From a virus (lineage: Duplodnaviria; Caudoviricetes), in IMG/VR virus record IMGVR_UViG_3300012953_000003, positions 1-40,802 of that record: a stretch of DNA of 40,802 nucleotides; one strand, written 5' to 3'. The position numbers and the translations under genes are program-made. The notes under the pieces were generated by a model. The model had not been told where the DNA came from and made no database searches. It saw nothing but the letters and a program-made list of their open reading frames with translations. Below are positions 8,903 to 18,890 of the stretch, in pieces (position 1 is the first letter of the stretch; each line of letters starts with the position of its first letter).

Positions 8903-9395
8903 TGCACAAGATTTAATTGATGGTCTTGTTGAAGATGACGACGTGACCGCGTGGGCGTCCGCAACAACCGACCAAAAAAATAGAGCTTTATATACTGCGG
9001 CGGTAAGAATCGATCGTGAAAGATTTCTAGGCGCTAGAGCAACAGATACTCAAGGGATGCAATGGCCAAGGGAAGGAGTGTTAAAACCTGACACTTATAA
9101 CCGTTCGATTTCTGGTTTTCCTTATACGTTAACGGCTGATTATTTTACGACAACGGAAATACCTGAACAAATAAAAGAAGCACAGATAATATTGGCAGTC
9201 TATTTAAACAACAACAAAGCGGGCTTAGGACTTTCAGGATTGGAAGATTATAAACGCGTCGGAGTTGGTGGAATTGCTGTTGAACCTATGACAACAGGAG
9301 CCGTTGGCGCTGATCGTGTTCCGCCAATGTATGAAAGAATGTTGACAGGTCTTAGAATAAGTGGGCCGGGTAATGTATCAATCAAACGGAGTTAA
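8838..9395 (+). CDS. Head-tail adaptor (DnaT-like family)
   Basis: ANSY.S...A, Q...WPR and IP..IKEAQ motifs typical of adaptors at this position. Confidence 0.8.
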   Translation: MAITIHHTVGASNANSYLSLTDAQDLIDGLVEDDDVTAWASATTDQKNRALYTAAVRIDRERFLGARATDTQGMQWPREGVLKPDTYNRSISGFPYTLTADYFTTTEIPEQIKEAQIILAVYLNNNKAGLGLSGLEDYKRVGVGGIAVEPMTTGAVGADRVPPMYERMLTGLRISGPGNVSIKRS

Positions 9396-9398
9396 AAA

Positions 9399-9635
9399 AT
9401 GGGTTACGCCTATTCGTCTGCAATTATCATCACAGACACAAATGCCCACACAGGGCGTTTTGGAAAAATCACTTGCTTAACAGATTCGACTGTTACTTTG
9501 GTTTCTCCAAACGTCACAAAAAATGGATCTTCAACAGTTTCTGGAATTGATCTAAAAGCAAGTACAGACATCGAAGGGATCTTCACAAGTATTACTCAAA
9601 CAAGCGCCGGCTCTGTCATTGCCTATTATTTATAA
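9399..9635 (+). CDS. Hypothetical virion protein
   Basis: 78-aa beta-rich ORF in the neck operon. Confidence 0.6.
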   Translation: MGYAYSSAIIITDTNAHTGRFGKITCLTDSTVTLVSPNVTKNGSSTVSGIDLKASTDIEGIFTSITQTSAGSVIAYYL

Positions 9636-9998
9636 ATGGGATTAGAAGCGGGTTTAAAAAAAGTCATTGGTAAAGTTGTCGCAACGACAGGCATCGGAAC
9701 CTCTGTGACTTTTAGGCGCGTAACTGTGGGAACTTACAACGTCAAAAGCAGCGAGGTTAACCGTTCGACAAGTGATACTTCTTTAAAAGGTGTTTTGTCG
9801 TCTGTTAATCAACGAGAAGTTAATGAATTAATTCATGGCGACGATTTAAAAATAATGATTGCCGCTGATGCTTTGACCGTTGAGCCTTTAACAACAGACG
9901 AGCTTGTAATGAGTGGGGTTACTTATCAAATTATTAGGGTTGAAAAAATAATACAAGCGGGCGTTTTTCTTAATTATGTTCTTTATTTGAGGGCGTAA
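9636..9998 (+). CDS. Head-closure/head-tail joining protein
   Basis: VTFRR...G.Y and Y.I..V pattern; position in neck module. Confidence 0.7.
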   Translation: MGLEAGLKKVIGKVVATTGIGTSVTFRRVTVGTYNVKSSEVNRSTSDTSLKGVLSSVNQREVNELIHGDDLKIMIAADALTVEPLTTDELVMSGVTYQIIRVEKIIQAGVFLNYVLYLRA

Positions 9999-10456
9999 TG
10001 TTTGACAACATTTCTATTCTTGACATGGGACCAGAATACGAAAAGGAGTTAGATAAATTAATGCGCGTTTTAGTTTTAGAAGCCGATTCCTTAGTTAAAG
10101 AAGGAACGCCAGTTGACACAGGAAGACTTGCGGCTAGTTGGCAGATAGGACAAAACGACACAAGCGGGGCACCAAAGCCACCGGGTAAATATCAAAACGC
10201 GGGGCCAGCAAAAGGAAGCAATTATCAAGTAGGAAAAGAAAAAGTTGGAAATACTTATTACGTGCATAACAATTTGCCTTACGCGGAGCCTGTTGTTTTT
10301 GGGACAAGTTTGCCGCCTTCTTGGGGTGGAAAATATAGAAGCGGAAATAAAAAAAGGGGCGAAGCTCCTAAACAGAAGGTCGGTTGGATTGACTTAATCG
10401 AAAAAGACCTCGAAGATAGAGGAAAGCAACTCTGGCGTTCTTGGGGTGGTAAGTAA
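9998..10456 (+). CDS. HK97 gp10-like tail completion protein
   Basis: TPVDTGRLAASW and NNLPYA motifs. Confidence 0.85.
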   Translation: MFDNISILDMGPEYEKELDKLMRVLVLEADSLVKEGTPVDTGRLAASWQIGQNDTSGAPKPPGKYQNAGPAKGSNYQVGKEKVGNTYYVHNNLPYAEPVVFGTSLPPSWGGKYRSGNKKRGEAPKQKVGWIDLIEKDLEDRGKQLWRSWGGK

Positions 10457-10869
10457 TGGCTGCGGCAGATTTAAACACAGTCAGATCGACGATTGAAACG
10501 CGTCTACAAGATGAACTTTTGACAGGCACTCCACCCATTACAGTCGTTTTTAACAACACGCCTTTTAAGCCACCAAATAAAAAAACTTGGGTTCAATGTG
10601 ATATTAGTTTTGGAAGTAGTTCTTATTTTTCGATGGATCAAAACAAGGTCAACGGTGTTGTTGTTTTTAATGTATTTAGTACAAAAGGTATTGGACCGGG
10701 TGAAAATTTTGTTGTCGGTAAAAGGATTAGGGATCTTTATAATAAGGTAAAAGTTTCAGGGGTTTATTTTGATGCGCCTGTTGGCCCCGAAGTTTTTGTT
10801 AATCCCGAACCTGAATCATATTTTCAGACTCAGGTCAGGATCACTTTCGATGTTTTCGAGGCGGTGTAA
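10456..10869 (+). CDS. Tail terminator protein
   Basis: N..F.PP....WV, G.G and FQTQV...F pattern; position. Confidence 0.75.
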   Translation: MAAADLNTVRSTIETRLQDELLTGTPPITVVFNNTPFKPPNKKTWVQCDISFGSSSYFSMDQNKVNGVVVFNVFSTKGIGPGENFVVGKRIRDLYNKVKVSGVYFDAPVGPEVFVNPEPESYFQTQVRITFDVFEAV

Positions 10870-10872
10870 ATA

Positions 10873-12969
10873 ATGAAACAGGTCGGCATTGCTTTACGCC
10901 TTGAAACTGGACAGACAATCAATGGTCTGAAAAAAGTTGACGCGCAAGCAAAGAAATTTAATAACACGATTAATAAGCAAGGTTCAAAGTTAAAGGTCGT
11001 TCAAGGTGGATTGAAAGGGGCAGCTCTCGGCTTCTTGGGTGTAGGAGCTTCGGCAAAGGCGGCAACGCCGGGGATTCATGCAGCAGGGTCAGCACTAAAA
11101 AGCGCTCTTGGCCCTATTACTGCTTTAGTTACTGCGGGTGCAATTCTTCAACAAGTCTTTGCGACGTTAGTTAAACAAGATTTTGCCGAGGCAAAGTTTG
11201 AAACTCTTGGAGGAAATAGTGACAAGCTCGTCGGTAATTTAAAGCTTCTATCCAGCGAATTACAAGGGCAAGCCAGTGTCGTTGAATTAACCTCGGCGGC
11301 TTATGACGTTGCTTCTGCGGGCTTTACCGATGCGGCTGACGCGGCCAAGATTTTAAAAGCGGCGAGTCTTGGAGCAACTGGCGGATTTACTGACATCAAT
11401 ACATCAGGCGGCGCGGCTGTAAAAGTTTTAAACGCTTACGGGAAGACTGCGGACGACGCGGCGTTCTTAATGGATCAGTTCGCACAAACACAGGCGGACG
11501 GAATTATTACCATTGGCCAGTATTCAAGCAATATTGGTAAAGTCGCAACAACTGCGGCGGGCTTAAAAGTTCCGTTAGCAGAAGTCAACGCGGTTATTGC
11601 TCAATCCACTGCGGCAGGCGTTCAAACAGAAACGGCGTTTACTGGACTCAATGCAGCGTTAGCAAAAATATCAAGCGGACAGGTAGGGAAAAAATTAGGA
11701 ATTCAAATGAATGATGTCAGCCTTGCCGCTGATGGACTAGGTGGAACGTTAGAAAAATTACAACAATTCTCAACGGCTGAACTTCAACAGGCTTTCGGTA
11801 TTGAAGCCTTTAAAGGTATACAGAACGCAATTCAAGATACAGAGAAATTCAACCAACTTTTAGAGAATCAAGTAAACGCGCAAGGTGCGGCAGCTCGGGC
11901 AGCCTTTACCGCGTCGGATACAATACAAGGTCAAATAAAACGGCTGGGAGTTGCGTTTCAGAATATTTTTGCAGATGGTTCAGAAGTTGGGGAGCTTTTA
12001 AAACTTGTTATTCGTGCGATTGCAAGAAACGTAGAATTTTTGGGCGTTGCAATTAAAACAGTTGTTTTTCCTTTTCGATTGTTGGCCGATCTTGCTCAAG
12101 GTTTCTTTGAGGGCTTAGGGATACAGGCAGGACCAAGCGGACCAATTCAAAAACTAAGCGAGCAATGGTTTGTTTTCTTAAAAGCGGTTGATGTTGGTTT
12201 TCAAAAGGTAAGTGATTTCACTACAGCATTAGGCCAAGGGGTTGGAAATATTGCAAAATTAATTGTTGATCCTTTTGTGCAAGCGTTTAATTTTATTTTG
12301 CAAAAAGTACAAGAGTTTTGGGATAAATTACCGGGATGGGTTAAATGGGGAGTTAAGCAAGTAACAGGATTTAACGCAGCGGTCGGAATGATTGAAGGAA
12401 TAAAAAACTTTGCAACAGAAGATCCAGAAGTTAAAAAGGAAAGAATTGCAAAAGAAAAAGCAGATAAAAAAGCAGAGGCTTCGTTGCAGAAACAAATTGA
12501 GATGACGAAGTTCCTGAACGAAGGATTCAAGCAGGTTGGCGTTACGATTTCGCAAAGTTTGGCGCAAGGCATTAAAGGTTTAATCAAAGGGACTCAATCA
12601 TTGGGTGAAATGCTTTCAAATATTGCAAGCAAAATTTCTGACATGTTGTTAGATATTGCTATTGGGGCAGCGTTTAAACATTTTGGACTACCGGGTTTTG
12701 CCGCTGGAGGAATACCGCCAGTTGGGAAGCCTTCAATAGTTGGAGAAAAAGGCCCCGAACTTTTCGTTCCTCGTCAGGCTGGAAGAATCGTTCCTAATGA
12801 TCAATTAGGCGGAGGGGGTTCCGTTAATGTTTCGGTAAGTGTTGATGCTTCTGGTTCGTCTGTGGAAGGAGATGGCGACCAAGCGGCGCAGTTGGGCAAT
12901 ATGCTAGGAGCAGCAATTCAGGCTGAATTGGTCCGTCAAAAAAGACCGGGCGGATTATTAGCGGCTTAA
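10873..12969 (+). CDS. Tape measure protein
   Basis: Ala/Gly-rich helical protein; Y..ASAG core; C-terminal FAAGG...VGEKGPELFVP and RPGGLL. Confidence 0.93.
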   Translation: MKQVGIALRLETGQTINGLKKVDAQAKKFNNTINKQGSKLKVVQGGLKGAALGFLGVGASAKAATPGIHAAGSALKSALGPITALVTAGAILQQVFATLVKQDFAEAKFETLGGNSDKLVGNLKLLSSELQGQASVVELTSAAYDVASAGFTDAADAAKILKAASLGATGGFTDINTSGGAAVKVLNAYGKTADDAAFLMDQFAQTQADGIITIGQYSSNIGKVATTAAGLKVPLAEVNAVIAQSTAAGVQTETAFTGLNAALAKISSGQVGKKLGIQMNDVSLAADGLGGTLEKLQQFSTAELQQAFGIEAFKGIQNAIQDTEKFNQLLENQVNAQGAAARAAFTASDTIQGQIKRLGVAFQNIFADGSEVGELLKLVIRAIARNVEFLGVAIKTVVFPFRLLADLAQGFFEGLGIQAGPSGPIQKLSEQWFVFLKAVDVGFQKVSDFTTALGQGVGNIAKLIVDPFVQAFNFILQKVQEFWDKLPGWVKWGVKQVTGFNAAVGMIEGIKNFATEDPEVKKERIAKEKADKKAEASLQKQIEMTKFLNEGFKQVGVTISQSLAQGIKGLIKGTQSLGEMLSNIASKISDMLLDIAIGAAFKHFGLPGFAAGGIPPVGKPSIVGEKGPELFVPRQAGRIVPNDQLGGGGSVNVSVSVDASGSSVEGDGDQAAQLGNMLGAAIQAELVRQKRPGGLLAA

Positions 12970-12973
12970 GCTT

Positions 12974-13315
12974 ATGGCAACCTTTCCAGCGATTCAATTT
13001 ACTTATGGAGCTGCTAAAAGTAGCAGTCCGAATTTAGAACGTATTCAAATGGGTGACGGATATACGCAAGTTTTAAAATTTGGCATCAATCAAAATCCAA
13101 AACAATGGTCTTTAAGATGGGAAGTTTCTGAAACCGATGCCGACACTATTGAAAATTTTTTAAACGCAAGAGCTGACGACGGTGCTGTTTTTGAATGGTC
13201 CCCGCCAGAAGATTCAAGCACGTATAAATGGCGTTGTTTTTCTTGGACGAAAACAATACCCTATTTGAATAGAGCCTCTATCAGTGCAACTTTTATTCAA
13301 TTCTTTGAACCATAA
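12974..13315 (+). CDS. Lambda gpM-like distal tail protein
   Basis: GDGY.Q...GIN, F.W.PP and ATF.Q.FEP motifs. Confidence 0.9.
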   Translation: MATFPAIQFTYGAAKSSSPNLERIQMGDGYTQVLKFGINQNPKQWSLRWEVSETDADTIENFLNARADDGAVFEWSPPEDSSTYKWRCFSWTKTIPYLNRASISATFIQFFEP

Positions 13316-14235
13316 TGGCGGTTGCAGTTTGGGCGGCAAGCACTTCTTTTAGTGTTGGAGATATTAGAAGAGCCGCAACGGCTCAGATCACGGGTCTTTT
13401 CTTTAGATGCACAACAGCAGGAACAAGCGATTCAAGCGAGCCAAAATGGGGTACAGATGTCGGGTCAACGGTTCAAGACAATAGTTGCGTTTGGACTGCA
13501 ATCAGTAGCGCTTATGAAGAATTAGCAACTTTAGCTCCAAGTGCAATTATTGAATTATTTGAGCTTCGTTTAAATTCCAATTTGCATGGAAGTTCTGATA
13601 TTTATCGGTGGCATAATGGGGTTAATGCTGCCGTAAATGGAAATATTACATGGGCAGGAAATAGTTACACAAGACAACCGATTGAAGCTTCAGGGTTTGA
13701 ATTTAAGGCTGGAGAGGGTACGCTTCCGCGCCCAACTTTAACTGTTGGAAATTCTAAAAGAATGGCATCGGGTAATTATGTTTCTGTTGCTGAAATAACT
13801 GCATTGCTTTTACTTGTTAATGAAACCACCGCTGGGAATGATTTAGGAGGTGCTGAAGTTCGCAGAATAAGAACTTTAAAAAAATTTTTGGACGGGGAAT
13901 CTGCGGCCGATCCTTATGCTCAGTTTCCTGTTGAGCTTTGGTATATAGACAGAAAAGCTTCGGAAGACCGATCACAAGTGTCTTTTGAATTAGCTTCAAA
14001 ATTTGATTTACCGGGGACAACTGTACCAAAAAGACAAGTTGTTGCTTCTGTTTGTCAATGGGCTTATAGGTCTTCTGAATGTAGTTATACGGGGACAGAT
14101 TATTTTGATGTGAATGACAATGCAGTGACAGGGGCGGCCAATGATGTTTGCGGAAAAAGACTAACTTCTTGTAAAAAACGGTTTAGCGATACTTTGCCGT
14201 TTGGTGGTTTTCCGGGTGCTGGCCAAATTAAATGA
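13315..14235 (+). CDS. Lambda gpL-like tail tip protein with extra N-terminal domain
   Basis: IELFEL, LPRPTL, C.W.YR..EC.Y, D.CGKRL..CK.RF and PFGGFPG motifs. Confidence 0.92.
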   Translation: MAVAVWAASTSFSVGDIRRAATAQITGLFFRCTTAGTSDSSEPKWGTDVGSTVQDNSCVWTAISSAYEELATLAPSAIIELFELRLNSNLHGSSDIYRWHNGVNAAVNGNITWAGNSYTRQPIEASGFEFKAGEGTLPRPTLTVGNSKRMASGNYVSVAEITALLLLVNETTAGNDLGGAEVRRIRTLKKFLDGESAADPYAQFPVELWYIDRKASEDRSQVSFELASKFDLPGTTVPKRQVVASVCQWAYRSSECSYTGTDYFDVNDNAVTGAANDVCGKRLTSCKKRFSDTLPFGGFPGAGQIK

Positions 14236-14945
14236 AATTAAAAGAAAAAATCAAAGAAGAGGCTTTGGCTCATGCAAAGGAAGATTCACCAAGAGAAAGT
14301 GTCGGATTGGTTCATGTTGTTAAAGGTCGTCAAAGATATTTTCCTTGTAATAATTTGGCCGATACACCTGACGAACATTTTGTTTTAGATCCTGTCGATT
14401 ATGCGAAATGTGAAGATAAAGGCGAAATAATTTGCGTGATTCATTCTCATCCCATTACAAATCATCACCCAAGTCCAGCGGATTTAGTTGCTTGTGAAAA
14501 ATCTGGCTTGCCGTGGTTTGTTGTTAATCCTGATACTGAACAATGGGGATATTGTGAACCCAATGGGTATGAACTGCCGTTTGTTGGACGCCCTTTTTTT
14601 CATGGCGTAATTGATTGTTATACCTTATGGCAAGATTTTTATAAAAAAGAATTAGGGATAAAAATGGGCGATTATCATAGAAGAGATAAATGGTGGGAAA
14701 AAGGTGAAAATATGTATTTAGATAATTTTAAAAAAGAAGGGATGAGGGAGGTCGAAATGGATTCAATAAAATATGGCGACATTTTATTAATGAAACTTGA
14801 TTCGATTGTCCCGAATCATGCAGCTATTTATCTCGACGAAATGATTGTTTTGCATCACGTTCAAGGAAGACTTTCTTCTCGCGATGTCTATGGCGGCTAT
14901 TATCAAAAGGTGACTGAGCTATGCTTAAGACATGAAAGTCGTTAA
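14232..14945 (+). CDS. Lambda gpK-like tail assembly protein (JAB + NlpC/P60)
   Basis: HSHP......S..D JAB motif; DCY and NHAAIY...LHH. Confidence 0.93.
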   Translation: MKLKEKIKEEALAHAKEDSPRESVGLVHVVKGRQRYFPCNNLADTPDEHFVLDPVDYAKCEDKGEIICVIHSHPITNHHPSPADLVACEKSGLPWFVVNPDTEQWGYCEPNGYELPFVGRPFFHGVIDCYTLWQDFYKKELGIKMGDYHRRDKWWEKGENMYLDNFKKEGMREVEMDSIKYGDILLMKLDSIVPNHAAIYLDEMIVLHHVQGRLSSRDVYGGYYQKVTELCLRHESR

Positions 14946-15534
14946 GGTTTACGGGGCATTAAAAAAACGATTAGGTCAAGGAACGTTTGAGCTAAACGTT
15001 GAAACTCCTGCGCAGGCTCTTAAAGCTTTATTTGCTAATTTTGATGGGCTAGAAAAATGGTTTATTGATAACGATCAAAATGGAATAGCTTATAAAGTTC
15101 TAGTCGGAAAAGCTCAAATAGGTCAGGAGAATATTGAAGAATTAGATTATCCGTGGAGTCAAAAAGAAGTGTTTAGTATTACGCCTGTTTTGTCTGGAGC
15201 TGGTCGAGGTTTCGGCCGATTTCTTTTAGGCGCTGCAATAGTTGGGGCGGCTGTTTTTCTTCCGGGTGGTATTGCTGCTGTTGGTTGGGCAAAGGCTGGT
15301 TTTTTAGCAAAGACAGCGGTTTACATGGGTGCAAGTTTAGCTTTAGGAGGCATTTCGCAAATGCTTTCACCTCAACCAAAGCAACCAAAAGATGCAAGTA
15401 AAAATGAAAGTTTTGGCTTTGGAGGCGTTTCAAATACAATTCATCAAGGGGTGCCCGTTCCTATTTGTTACGGACGGTTATATGTTGGAAGTGCGGCCAT
15501 TTCGGTCGGTTTAGATACAGATCAGGTGGTTTGA
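14932..15534 (+). CDS. Lambda gpI-like tail assembly protein
   Basis: Ubiquitin-like N-terminus ending ITPVLSGAG, a hydrophobic segment, and QGVPVPICYG. Confidence 0.92.
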   Translation: MKVVKVYGALKKRLGQGTFELNVETPAQALKALFANFDGLEKWFIDNDQNGIAYKVLVGKAQIGQENIEELDYPWSQKEVFSITPVLSGAGRGFGRFLLGAAIVGAAVFLPGGIAAVGWAKAGFLAKTAVYMGASLALGGISQMLSPQPKQPKDASKNESFGFGGVSNTIHQGVPVPICYGRLYVGSAAISVGLDTDQVV

Positions 15535-15535
15535 C

Positions 15536-18500
15536 ATGGTTTTAATTCGAGGAGCTGGAGGCGGACAAAAGGGAGGGAATAACAGAACACCAACTGAAGC
15601 GGACGACTCGCTTCAGTCAATCCAACATGCAAAAGTTTTAGACCTAATTGCAGAAGGTCCAATTCAAGGTTTAGACAATCAGGCTTATCCATTAAATAGT
15701 ATTTTCCTCGATGGGACTCCTATTCAAAATGCAGCGGGTGAAGATCGTTTTGACTCAGCCTCTTATTCTATTATTCACGATAGACTCGGGACTCAAAATC
15801 AAAGTTATATTTCTGACCTTGAGGGCACTTCTGTTGAACAAGGTGTTGGGGCAAATATCACGAAAACTAATCCACCAGCAACCGCAACACAACAGATTGG
15901 AGATTCAACAAACAGCACAAGTATTGACAAAATAAGAATCACAATATCTTTTTCAGCGTTGCAAAAGTTTGAAGATGATGGAGACATCGTTGAAAATAGT
16001 GTTAATTTAAAAATTCAGATTGCTTATAACGGTGCAAGTTTTCAAGATATAAAAACCGATACAGTTACGGGAAAATCTAGCGCAACATATAAGAGGGATT
16101 ATTTAATTACTCCAACGCCTTGGAACGGTCAAAGCGGCGGTTCAAGTAATTGGCCAATTCAAATTAAACTTGTCAGAATTTCAGACGATGCAACTAATAA
16201 GAATATAAGTGCTTTTTCTTGGGAAAGTTACACAAAAATATCTGATGAAAAACTTTCATATCCAAATTCTGCGTTGATTTACATGCGTTTCGACGCGTCT
16301 TCTTTTAATTCCATTCCACAGCGAAAATATTTGATAAGGGGGTTAAAGATCAATATTCCTCATAATGGTTCCGTCGATACAACAACCCATATTGGAAGGG
16401 TTACTTATTCAGGTTTATTTAATGGGACAGTTAATAATCTTCAATGGTCAAATGATCCTGCTTGGTGCTTATGGGATCTTTTGACGTCCACTAGATATGG
16501 CTGTTCAATTCCTGCAAGTAGTTTAGATGCGTTTGATTTTTATAAAATTAGCCAATATTGCAGTGAGCTTGTGTCTGATGGGAAAGGAGGAGTAGAACCA
16601 AGATTTTCATGCAATATGTTAATTAATTCAAAAGCAGAAGTTTATAGCGCTATTCAATCAATGGCGGCAATCTTTAGAGGAATGAGTTTTTATAGTGCTG
16701 GCTCATTAGTTGCGTTATGTGATAAGCCTCGGGATGCTCAATATGTTCTAGGATCTAGCAACGTTATTGATGGTGTTTTTCAATATCAAGGAAGTTCGCA
16801 AAAATCAAGGCATACAGTTGTTACTGTTGGTTATCAAGATTATGACGGATTAGGAGACACTAAAATCGAATATGTAGAAGACGCGGACGCTATTGCAAAA
16901 TATGGAATTATCCCGACGCAAATACAGGCTTTAGGTTGTTATTCACAAGGGCAAGCAAGACGATTAGGCAAATGGATGTTACTAAGCGAACAGAATTTAA
17001 CGCAGACAGTTTCATTCTCTGTTGATATTTCTTCGGGAATTATTTTACGTCCGGGTATGGTTATCGACATTGCAGACGAAACAAAAGCAGGACGGCGAAG
17101 ATTTGGCCGGATTCAATCCGCAACAACAACGGCAATAACAGTTGATTCCAATACTGATTTAAGTACTGTCGATATGTCAGAGTCTCCAACTGTTTCAGTT
17201 TTATTACCGACGGGATTAGTAGAAACAAAAACAATCACAGGTATAAGTAATACCACAATTAGTATTTCAGGAAGCTTTAGTGAAGCCCCTAATACTGGTC
17301 AAGTTTGGTTAATTCAAACTACTGGAATTCAATCGCAACAATTCAGCGTTATAACAGTTTCGGAATCAGGCAAAGGTGTCTATTCTGTTTCGGCTCTTGA
17401 ATATAATTCAACAATTTATGATGCTGTTGAAAATGATTTAAAAGTTGAACACAGAGACATTTCAGACTTAAATGATTCGCCCGGTCCTGTTTCTGGTTTA
17501 GATGGTGAACAATATTTATACCAAAGAGGTCAAGGTGTTTTTGTTGGCTTTGGTGTTTCATGGACAGCTCCGACAATCGGCGGTCCTTCTACTAATTACA
17601 CAGTTGCTTATAGAATGTCCTTTGACGGCACAGCGTTTAATAATTGGCGAACTTTAATAACTCAAAGTCCATCTATTAATATTGAAAATCTTGCAGCGGG
17701 CACTTTGCAAGTAAAAGTTCAAGCTCTTAATTTTACAGGTAAAGGCAGTGCTGTAGTTTCTGGCGAATTTACGTTAACAGGAAAAGAAGATCCCCCGGGA
17801 GATGTTCAAAATTTAACGTTTGAATCAATTAATCAAAACTCAGGCAGACTTAGGTGGGATCAATCTGTTGATTTGGATGTAAAGGTTGGCGGTAAAATAT
17901 TTATTCGACATTCTTCGGCAACTGATGGAAGTGGAACTTGGAGTAATTCAAGTAATTTAATTGATGCAAAAGCTGGAAATGCAACTGAAGCAGTTATTCC
18001 AAAAATTGAAGGCGAAGTACTTGTAAAATTTGCTGATTCGTCTGGTATTACAAGCACAAACGAAACAAGTGTAATTATTTCTTTAGTAGAAAAAAATCAA
18101 AGGCTAATTGTTCAAACTCAAAGGGAAGATTTGTTAAGTCCTACTCCTTTTGCAGGAAGCAAAACTAATACAGAATATGATTCCACAGCCGACGTTTTAC
18201 AACTTACCTCTTCAGGTGGCGACGTTAGTAGTAGCGGTTCATATTCTTTTGCGGCTGTTCTTGATTTAGAGCATACTTACGCGCTTGATATATCTCGATT
18301 TTTTGTTACGAGAGGAAATTACTTAAATGATTTAATTGATAATTGGCCAAATGTTGATGCTCGTACCGATTGGGATGGGGTTACAGCCGACAAGGTAAAT
18401 GCTGCTTTTGAACTTAGATCAACGACTGATAATCCTAGCAGCTCGCCAACTTGGGGTAATTGGATGCCTTGTGCAAATGGTACTTTTAACGGGCGGGGTT

Positions 18501-18868
18501 TTCAATTTAGATCTAATTTAACAAGTAGCTCAACAGACCAAAATATTCTCGTTGATCAACTTGGTTATATAGCTTCTTTAGATCAGCGAACAGAACAAAG
18601 TGTAGGTCTTGTTGCTAGTGGTACTTCTGGCTCGGGCAAGTCTTTAACTTTTGATAAAGCTTTTTTCACGGGAACATCTGCTTTGTTAGGAGCAAATTCA
18701 CGTTTACCAAGTATTAGTATTGTTGCTCAAAACATGGCAAGTGGAGATTATTACAACGTTACTTCTGTATCGTCTACAGGTTTTACTGTGATATTTAAAA
18801 ATTCCTCTAATACTGTTGTTGATCGTAATTTTTACTGGACTGCTGTAGGTTTTGGTCGTAGGGCTTAA
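15536..18868 (+). CDS. Lambda gpJ-like host specificity/central tail tip protein
   Basis: DLIAEGPIQGL, YPNSAL, WSNDPAWCLWDLLT.RYG and EPRF motifs; FN3-like repeats. Confidence 0.94.
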   Translation: MVLIRGAGGGQKGGNNRTPTEADDSLQSIQHAKVLDLIAEGPIQGLDNQAYPLNSIFLDGTPIQNAAGEDRFDSASYSIIHDRLGTQNQSYISDLEGTSVEQGVGANITKTNPPATATQQIGDSTNSTSIDKIRITISFSALQKFEDDGDIVENSVNLKIQIAYNGASFQDIKTDTVTGKSSATYKRDYLITPTPWNGQSGGSSNWPIQIKLVRISDDATNKNISAFSWESYTKISDEKLSYPNSALIYMRFDASSFNSIPQRKYLIRGLKINIPHNGSVDTTTHIGRVTYSGLFNGTVNNLQWSNDPAWCLWDLLTSTRYGCSIPASSLDAFDFYKISQYCSELVSDGKGGVEPRFSCNMLINSKAEVYSAIQSMAAIFRGMSFYSAGSLVALCDKPRDAQYVLGSSNVIDGVFQYQGSSQKSRHTVVTVGYQDYDGLGDTKIEYVEDADAIAKYGIIPTQIQALGCYSQGQARRLGKWMLLSEQNLTQTVSFSVDISSGIILRPGMVIDIADETKAGRRRFGRIQSATTTAITVDSNTDLSTVDMSESPTVSVLLPTGLVETKTITGISNTTISISGSFSEAPNTGQVWLIQTTGIQSQQFSVITVSESGKGVYSVSALEYNSTIYDAVENDLKVEHRDISDLNDSPGPVSGLDGEQYLYQRGQGVFVGFGVSWTAPTIGGPSTNYTVAYRMSFDGTAFNNWRTLITQSPSINIENLAAGTLQVKVQALNFTGKGSAVVSGEFTLTGKEDPPGDVQNLTFESINQNSGRLRWDQSVDLDVKVGGKIFIRHSSATDGSGTWSNSSNLIDAKAGNATEAVIPKIEGEVLVKFADSSGITSTNETSVIISLVEKNQRLIVQTQREDLLSPTPFAGSKTNTEYDSTADVLQLTSSGGDVSSSGSYSFAAVLDLEHTYALDISRFFVTRGNYLNDLIDNWPNVDARTDWDGVTADKVNAAFELRSTTDNPSSSPTWGNWMPCANGTFNGRGFQFRSNLTSSSTDQNILVDQLGYIASLDQRTEQSVGLVASGTSGSGKSLTFDKAFFTGTSALLGANSRLPSISIVAQNMASGDYYNVTSVSSTGFTVIFKNSSNTVVDRNFYWTAVGFGRRA

Positions 18869-18890
18869 ACTATAGAAAAAAGTAACGAAA

